Source: Candidatus Iainarchaeum sp. (GTDB lineage Archaea; Iainarchaeota; Iainarchaeia; Iainarchaeales; CSSED10-239). Taken from it: a stretch of DNA of 32,000 nucleotides. Below, one piece after another: positions 1 through 5,881 of this stretch (its first letter is position 1; each line of letters starts with the position of its first letter). Below the pieces are notes generated by a model that had not been told where the DNA came from, made no database searches, and saw only the letters and a program-made list of their open reading frames with translations. Position numbers and translations under genes: made by a program. The stretch lies in the NCBI GenBank assembly GCA_028700115.1, contig JAQVTI010000010.1, positions 1 to 32,000 of the forward strand. The letters run 5' to 3'.

Positions 1-406
1 TGCCTTCTGACACCCTTATTCCACTAAATAAGAAAAGAAGATATAATGGCTTTAAATCTTCTCTTAGCTTAGATAAAGTAACTTTTATTTCTTGATCTGT
101 TGGAACATAAGTGTCATTTGAAAAATTAATATCCTTTTTTAATAGTTTTTTACAAGAATCTATGTTTTCTTGAGAGAATCCTTCATCTTTAAGATAATTT
201 AAAAACTTTGACACAATTTTTCTACTACTTTGAGTATTATTAACCAAATCTATGTTTTTTTTATAATCTTCAAGCAGTTCTTGATGGTTTTTATATATAT
301 TTTTACTAAAGATGCTGTTTAATTTAGCAAGAGATTTATAGTATCCTTTAGAGTGATTTTCTTCTAAAACCTTTATTTTAAAGGCATCAAGAGAAATAGT
401 TTGACA
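1..406 (-). CDS. tyrosine recombinase/integrase fragment (no start codon; C-terminal part runs off the window edge)
   Basis: The minus-strand frame is open from 457 to 1. It is absent from the ORF track because it has no Met. Translation: ...SRKIVSKFLNYLKDEGFSQENID...VPTDQEIKVTLSKLREDLKPLYLLFLFSGIRVSEG. This is an N-terminal core-binding-like region followed by the box-I arginine motif (SG-I/L-R-x-SE) of tyrosine recombinases. It directly abuts the 3' end of tRNA-Thr. Confidence 0.6.
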
Positions 407-478
407 AGCTTCTGGCGGGAGTCGAACCCGCGACCTCAACCTTACCAAGGTTGCGCTCTACCACTGAGCCACAGAAGC
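407..478 (-). tRNA. tRNA-Thr (anticodon GGU), no encoded CCA
   Basis: Manual cloverleaf on the minus strand: GCTTCTG TG GCTC AGTGGTA GAGC G CAACC TTGGTAA GGTTG AGGTC GCGGG TTCGACT CCCGC CAGAAGC T. All four stems are Watson-Crick. The anticodon loop is TT-GGT-AA. Confidence 0.9.
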
Positions 479-485
479 AAAATAA

Positions 486-1509
486 TTATTTTATGGAATG
501 TTTCTTAATAAATTTTTCTTTTAATTTTAAAAAAGAATTAACTTTATTTAAATTTAAACCATATTTTTGAATATATTCATTATATAATAAAAAACCAATA
601 TAATATTGATTTTTCTCGAAATTGTTAGAAAACTTACGTTTATATTCTTGATTAAAATATTTTTTATTAAATAAATTTGATAAAAACTCTACAACAACTT
701 CATTTCTACCAAACTTATGATTTTCTTTTTTTAAATAAGAATAGATAATTTCATGAATTACAATATGATTTGAACTTTCATGAAAAGTATTAATTGATAT
801 TACATTATTTGCTTTTTTATTTTTAACTATAACCTCTCTTGAAAGACCTTTTACTAAATCATTTAATGATTTACTTCTTTTACCTTCTTTTAAAGAAAAA
901 TAAACATCAAAAATTTTTTTGAAATAACTTTACAGGATTATTGTCTAAATATCCCAAATCAGAAATACCTTCAATTGAATTAATTTCACTAAACCTTATA
1001 TTTATTTTAGAAATATCCTTTATTAAACCTAAACTAAATAAATCTTTTACTAATTTATCTTCAATTTCATTTATTTCCTTTATTTTTTTTTCAGATAATA
1101 ATGATTGGTTTTTAATTACTTTTTTAGAAACTTCTTTTTTAATAATCGAAGTTATATTTTTAAATAACATATATTTAAAAGGATTCAAATAATTATTTAA
1201 ATATTTATCAGTTATCCCACTTTTTTTTAAATATAAAGTATATTCTTTAATTATTTTAATATATTCTTTAGATGCAGTCTTAGGATCATTACTAAATATT
1301 GCTTTTGCAATTGGAATTGATTTACTTTGGGCATCATTTACAAAGTTTTTATAGAAAGAAGAATTCTTTTGTTCTTCTTTTGATTTTAATTGTTTATATT
1401 TTTTAAAATTTAAAATATTTCTTTTTAATTTTAATTCTTCAGATACTGATGATTTTTTTGAAATTAAATTAGAATTCTTTTTTTTAAATCTGGAAAATAA
1501 TGTTTTCAT
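486..1509 (-). pseudogene. hypothetical Lys-rich protein, reading frame broken by a 1-nt shift in a poly(A) run
   Basis: ORF 907-1509 ends ...PVKLFQKNF*. A second Met-less frame continues from about 929 down to a TAA at 486-488 (SYFKKIFDVYFSLKEGKRSKSLNDLVKGLSREV...HESSNHIVIHEIIYSYL...KKHSIK*). Removing one A from the A7 run (T-run 914-920 on the + strand) joins the two frames. No family was recognised. Confidence 0.5.
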
Positions 1510-1547
1510 ATATAAAATCTCTAAATATTATTTTATAAGAAAAGAAA

Positions 1548-2148
1548 TTACTTAAGTAATTTCTTCTTTAATTCTTCATATTTAAAATCCTCTTTTAAAA
1601 GACCCATAGAAAACATATCTTGATGCTTTCCTTTATAAAAATAATCTTTTCTTAAATAACCTTCTTGAATAAAACCTAATTTTTCTAAATGCTTTTTACT
1701 TCTTGGATTATATGAAAAAACAAGAGAATAAATTTTAACTAAATTTAAATATTTAAAAGCAAATTTATATAACTCTAATTTTGCTTCAAAAATATACCCT
1801 GTGCCCCAATTTTTTAGTTATACAAGAACCACTTTCACATTTTTTACTTTTAAAATCAATATGATTTAAAGAAACCCCACCTATAACCCTATTTTCTTTT
1901 TTTAAAAAAACAGCAAAATCAATTCCTGCATCTTTCTTTTTTTTATAACAAAATCTTTTCTTTTTAAAAAAAGTATCTGCATCTTTTAAAGTATAAGGAT
2001 ATGGAAAGTTAGGAATGTTTTTAGAATATACTTTTGAATCATTATAATTTTTAACTAAATCATTTCTATCCTCTTTTCTAAAAGGCCTTAATATTAAATT
2101 TTCTGTTTCAAGATATAAATCTTTTTTATATATTTTATTTGAGTCCAT
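1548..2148 (-). pseudogene. GNAT N-acetyltransferase (RimJ/RimL-like), frameshifted in a poly(A) run
   Basis: The N-terminal part (ATG at 2148) reads MDSNKIYKKDLYLETENLILRPFRKEDRNDL...VIGGVSL. After the A6 run (T-run 1810-1815 on +) the family-typical sequence continues in another frame: KNWGTGYIFEAKLELYKFAFKYLNLVKIYSLVFSYNPRSKKHLEKLGFIQEGYLRKDYFYKGKHQDMFSMGLLKEDF, ending at TAA 1548-1550. Deleting one A restores a single ORF. Confidence 0.65.
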
Positions 2149-2207
2149 AAATAGATTATAGATTAAAAACAATTATAAATATTAAATAAAATAAGAAAAA
2201 GAAAAAT

Positions 2208-3194
2208 TTACTTAAATCTTCTTTTATTTAGTCTAGATCTTGTAAATTTATCACTAAGCTTAGAAAAAACATTTTTCTTTGCATGTCTTTTTGCAATAGT
2301 TTCTCTAACACCTTTTGGATATTTTTCTTTTAGTTTTTCTATAAAAACATATGGATTTGCTTCTCTTCCTGAGTTATTAACCCATTTAATTACAGCTTCT
2401 GCAGTCTCTTTTCTAATATCTCCAATTGTTGCTTTTGTTTTTCCTTCCATATGTTTAGCAATTATATTTGCTTGTATATTTTCTATTATCTCTCTATTAT
2501 TTCTTAAAGAATCAATTATAGCAATCTTCTTACTAGAACCCATTCCTGAAAATCTATAATATTTCCAACTAAATTCTTTTATTTCATTCTCATATAAAGA
2601 AAATAATTTACCTAATCTTTTATTAACTTTTAAAGATTCTGTATGATTAATAGACAAAAATCTTGGGACATTTAAAACTCTTTCAATTGCTTGTTTTCTA
2701 GAAACCCCATATAATAATTCTATATTTTTTAATCTTTTTTCATGATCGAATGAAATAAATTGAGGAAAATTTTTTATAAGATTTTTTGTAATTTCTTTAG
2801 AAACACCATAAGTTTTAGAAATATTATTGAATTTTACTTCAAAATTAGTATATATTGAAGGAAATGCTAAAAACAATTCTTTTGTTTTATTAATAGGCAA
2901 ATCTAAAAAATTAGAAAGACTTGTAAGATTTATTTTATGATTATAATTTAAAACATTTGGAGTATATCTAATTAATTTTAAAGTTTTTGAAACAGTTATA
3001 TTATAAATAGTCATAATTTCAGAAATTTTTGAAGAAATAAACTCTCTACTTGGATAAGAATTCTTCCTTGCAAAAACATCTCTTAAAGATCTTAAAAATT
3101 TAATATCTTCTTTTTTATTTAAATCTAAAGATAAAGCTTCAACAATAAATCTTTTTCTTTTTCTATTTTCTTCTAAACTAATTTTATTAACCAT
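2208..3194 (-). CDS. helical-repeat protein, mTERF-like repeat pattern (tentative)
   Basis: The 328-aa ORF has about five tandem ~32-aa units of the form G-V-S-x3-I/L-x3-L/I-x3-P-x-F/I-L/I-S-x5-L. Examples: IRYTPNVLNYNHKINLTSLSNFL, LFLAFPSIYTNFEVKFNNISKTY, GVSKEITKNLIKNFPQFISFDHEKRLKNIELLY, GVSRKQAIERVLNVPRFLSINHTESLKVNKRL. The call rests on pattern recognition only. Confidence 0.4.
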   Translation of the reverse strand: MVNKISLEENRKRKRFIVEALSLDLNKKEDIKFLRSLRDVFARKNSYPSREFISSKISEIMTIYNITVSKTLKLIRYTPNVLNYNHKINLTSLSNFLDLPINKTKELFLAFPSIYTNFEVKFNNISKTYGVSKEITKNLIKNFPQFISFDHEKRLKNIELLYGVSRKQAIERVLNVPRFLSINHTESLKVNKRLGKLFSLYENEIKEFSWKYYRFSGMGSSKKIAIIDSLRNNREIIENIQANIIAKHMEGKTKATIGDIRKETAEAVIKWVNNSGREANPYVFIEKLKEKYPKGVRETIAKRHAKKNVFSKLSDKFTRSRLNKRRFK

Positions 3195-3246
3195 ATATAA
3201 TTAAAAGAATTAAAAGTATATAAATTTATTTATTTTAAAAAAAGAG

Positions 3247-3329
3247 CGCAGAGGACGAGACTCGAACTCGCGTAGTCCAAAGACTCCAGCTCTCTAGGCT
3301 GGTGCGTTTGACCACTCCGCCACCTCTGC
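3247..3329 (-). tRNA. class II (long variable arm) tRNA, canonical fold gives anticodon AGA (Ser), discriminator G73
   Basis: Minus strand: GCAGAGG TG GCG GAGTGGTCAAA CGC A CCAGC CTAGAGA GCTGG AGTCTTTGGACTAC GCGAG TTCGAGT CTCGT CCTCTGC G. The 14-nt variable arm forms the stem AGTC/GACT. The 5-bp anticodon stem leaves the loop C-T-AGA-G-A. Confidence 0.8.
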
Positions 3330-3363
3330 ATATTTAATTAATATATAAAAGAGTTTAAAAAGA

Positions 3364-3699
3364 CTAATGAATATTTGACCCATTTTCAATTTTCTCAGAA
3401 GGAAAAAGTAATGCTTCAACTTCATTTTCACCAATTGCAAGAATCATTCCTTGACTTTCAAGACCCATTAATTTTCTTGGTTCTAAGTTTACAATTACAG
3501 GAAGTTGTTTATTTAATAAATCTTCAGGATTATATTTAGTTCCTATTCCTGCAAGGATTTGTCTTTTAAAATTACCAAAATCAAAAACTAATCTTAAAAG
3601 CTTATTACTTTTTTCAACTCTTTCTGCTTCAATAATTTCTCCTAATCTTATATCTAATTTCATAAAAGTTAAAAAATCTATATTTTCTTTAATATTCAT
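3364..3699 (-). CDS. tRNA-binding domain protein (Trbp111/CsaA/MetRS C-terminal-like OB fold)
   Basis: MNIKENIDFLTFMKLDIRLGEIIEAERVEKSNKLLRLVFDFGNFKRQILAGIGTKYNPEDLLNKQLPVIVNLEPRKLMGLESQGMILAIG is the classic signature of the EMAPII/Trbp111-type tRNA-binding domain. The start was moved to ATG 3699 because the track's upstream extension overlaps tRNA-His. Confidence 0.8.
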   Translation of the reverse strand: MNIKENIDFLTFMKLDIRLGEIIEAERVEKSNKLLRLVFDFGNFKRQILAGIGTKYNPEDLLNKQLPVIVNLEPRKLMGLESQGMILAIGENEVEALLFPSEKIENGSNIH

Positions 3700-3726
3700 A
3701 AACAAACACATATAAAATTTCAAAAG

Positions 3727-3799
3727 GGTCCAAGCCGGGATTTGAACCCGAGCCAGGGGATCCACAGTCCCCTATGCTAACCACTACACTACATGGACC
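3727..3799 (-). tRNA. tRNA-His (anticodon GUG) with genomically encoded G-1
   Basis: Minus strand: G(-1) GTCCATG TA GTGT AGTGGTTA GCAT A GGGGA CTGTGGA TCCCC TGGC TCGGG TTCAAAT CCCGG CTTGGAC C. G-1 lies opposite C73, the His identity feature. There is one U-U mismatch in the acceptor stem. Confidence 0.88.
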
Positions 3800-3915
3800 A
3801 TTATAAACATTATTTTTATTAAATTAAAAATAATTTTAATAAAAAAACATCTAATTAGTAATATATATAAGATTAAATATATTTTTAAAGATTTCATAAA
3901 ACAATAATTAGATAT

Positions 3916-5361
3916 ATGAACATAAAAAATAAAAAAGGACAATCAGAAGTTATAAGTTATGTTATTATAATATTTATTGTAGCTATAATTGTATCAATAA
4001 TAATTACACAAATAAATCCAGTTATTTCAAAATCTAAATCAAAACAAAACTTTCAAACTTCAAAAACACAAATTGAACTAATTGAAAAAACAATAAAAGA
4101 AGTTATGCTAGAACCAACTAGTTCTTCTAAAAGCATAAGATTAGATTTAGAAAATTTATTTTTAAATGTAGACTCAGATTTAAACAAAATAGAAATATTT
4201 CATATAATGAGTGGAGACTACTATGAAAATGAAATAAAAATAAAAGAAGGAAATAAATTCACATATAGAGAAAATCAAAAACTTTTTTCAGGATTAGAAT
4301 TTGAAGACATAAATATAGTAAATAAACTTTTTATACAAAATAAAACCTTAGACTTATACTTTACAAAAACTTCAAGAAATACTTTAGAAATAACAACAGA
4401 TGTTATTGAAGATAGTAAATGGTATGATGAAGAATATAGTTATAGAACTAAACTATTAATAGATGCTAATAAAGTATATGGAGATTTAGAAAACTTTCCT
4501 GTTTTAATTAAAATAAATGATAGTGATATTTTAGAGAAAATAAAAGAAGATGGTTCAGATTTAGTTTTTACTCTTCCTGATGGAGAAACTAAACTTTATA
4601 GAGAAATTGAATATATTGATACAAGTGATGAGATTTTAGTTTGGGTAAATATACCTTATATAGATGATGAATTTGGAACTTTAATTTACATGTATTTTGG
4701 AAACTCTTTAGGTGATGAAGAAAACACAACAAAGACATGGAACAAAGATTATGTTTTAGTTCAACATCTAAATGAAACAAGTGGAACAATTTATGATTCT
4801 ACAAAATATGATAATGATGCAACTAATTATAGTGCAACTAGTGGAGCAACTGGACAAATTGGAAAAGCTTATTTTTTTAATGGAAGTTTATCATATTTAA
4901 CAATACCATCAACTACAATAGAAGAAAATGGAACTGTTTCTTTATGGATGGATATTAGTAATGCTACTAGTACACAATACTTTCTAGGAGGACCAGGCCA
5001 AGGGATAAGATATAATGGAACTTCTTTTTTGGTATTTAATGGTGGAAGTGAATGGGTTGCTTTAAATTGGAACAAAACAGGATATACTTGGATTAATTTA
5101 TATATTAAAAGAATAAATGCAAATGATTACAAAATTTATGTGAATGGAACAGAGATTGGAAACTCAATTGCAGGAAACACAGGAACAGATATAAGTTTAA
5201 ACTTAATTGGAAAAAGATCAGATGGTTATTATTTTAATGGAAGTTTAGATGAAATAAAAATTTCAAATAAATCAAAAAGTGAAGAATGGATAAAAACAGA
5301 ATATATAAATCAAAATAATCCTTTAGAGTTTTATGGAGTTGGTGAAATTGAAACTAACTAA
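3916..5361 (+). CDS. type IV pilin-like protein (class III signal peptide) with DUF2341-like and LamG/concanavalin-A-like lectin domains
   Basis: The N-terminus MNIKNKKGQ|SEVISYVIIIFIVAIIVSIII has a short basic leader, K-G-Q and a ~20-aa hydrophobic helix. From about 4420: WYDEEYSYRTKLLIDANKVYGDLENFPVLIKIN...DGSDLVFT...LVWVNIPYI...IYMYFGN (DUF2341-like). From about 4750: LNETSGTIYDSTKYDNDAT...GKAYFFNGSLSYLTIP...LDEIKISNKSKSEEWIKTEY (Laminin_G_3-like). Confidence 0.75.
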   Translation: MNIKNKKGQSEVISYVIIIFIVAIIVSIIITQINPVISKSKSKQNFQTSKTQIELIEKTIKEVMLEPTSSSKSIRLDLENLFLNVDSDLNKIEIFHIMSGDYYENEIKIKEGNKFTYRENQKLFSGLEFEDINIVNKLFIQNKTLDLYFTKTSRNTLEITTDVIEDSKWYDEEYSYRTKLLIDANKVYGDLENFPVLIKINDSDILEKIKEDGSDLVFTLPDGETKLYREIEYIDTSDEILVWVNIPYIDDEFGTLIYMYFGNSLGDEENTTKTWNKDYVLVQHLNETSGTIYDSTKYDNDATNYSATSGATGQIGKAYFFNGSLSYLTIPSTTIEENGTVSLWMDISNATSTQYFLGGPGQGIRYNGTSFLVFNGGSEWVALNWNKTGYTWINLYIKRINANDYKIYVNGTEIGNSIAGNTGTDISLNLIGKRSDGYYFNGSLDEIKISNKSKSEEWIKTEYINQNNPLEFYGVGEIETN

Positions 5362-5362
5362 A

Positions 5363-5872
5363 ATGTATAAAAATCAAAAAGGACTATCAAGTATATTTTC
5401 ATATATTTTTTATATTTTAATAGGGCTTTCTATTTTATCTATAGTTTTAATGCAAGGAAATCAAATTATTAAAAAAAATGAAGAAAGATATGCATATGAA
5501 AAAACTATAGAAAATGTAAATAAAATTTATGAAACAATAAATAATACATCAACAAATAAAGGAAATAATATTACACAACAGATATATATCCCTTTTGAAA
5601 TTGAAATAGATTGTTCTAATAATAAAATATTTGGAAAAGTAGAATATTCTTCTAACTTTAAAGACGGAAATATAGAAATACAAGGAATTAATATTTATAG
5701 AAAATATAACCAAATATATTTTGAAAAAAATATAAACTTACCAATAAATTTAGATTGTAATACATTAATTTTAAATAAAGGAAATAAAAATTTAGAATTT
5801 ATTTATAAAAATTATGATATATCTACAGAACAAATAAATATAGATATAAAATATATTGACTTTACAAAATAA
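5363..5872 (+). CDS. small type IV pilin-like protein (class III signal peptide), candidate structural pilin
   Basis: Starts at ATG 5363, 1 nt after the upstream stop. MYKNQKG|LSSIFSYIFYILIGLSILSIVL is followed by about 135 aa with no extra domain. The track's upstream extension (5333) overlaps the previous gene and was rejected. Confidence 0.65.
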   Translation: MYKNQKGLSSIFSYIFYILIGLSILSIVLMQGNQIIKKNEERYAYEKTIENVNKIYETINNTSTNKGNNITQQIYIPFEIEIDCSNNKIFGKVEYSSNFKDGNIEIQGINIYRKYNQIYFEKNINLPINLDCNTLILNKGNKNLEFIYKNYDISTEQINIDIKYIDFTK

Positions 5873-5881
5873 AGATAAACT

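Noticed and set aside
941-1192. ORF-track entries lying antisense within clearly assigned genes: 941-1192 (+), 4589-4789 (-), 4869-5075 (-), 9068-9301 (-), 9506-9721 (-), 9838-10098 (+), 11632-11817 (+), 14564-14800 (-), 23110-23361 (+).
   Set aside because: Each lies entirely or largely opposite a gene with strong family motifs. Their translations are low-complexity Ile/Phe/Ser/Leu strings, as expected from the complement of AAA/GAA-rich codons. None has an RBS or a recognisable motif.
3700-3765. N-terminal extension of ORF 3364-3765 (MDPLARVQIPAWTLLKFYMCLF...).
   Set aside because: The extension is the translation of the tRNA-His gene body. The conserved domain begins after the internal ATG at 3699.
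5333-5362. The upstream start of the middle pilin gene (MELVKLKLTK...), which overlaps the end of the first pilin gene.
   Set aside because: It would bury the class III signal motif 10 residues inside the protein. ATG 5363 places the basic leader and the KG|L site at the true N-terminus.
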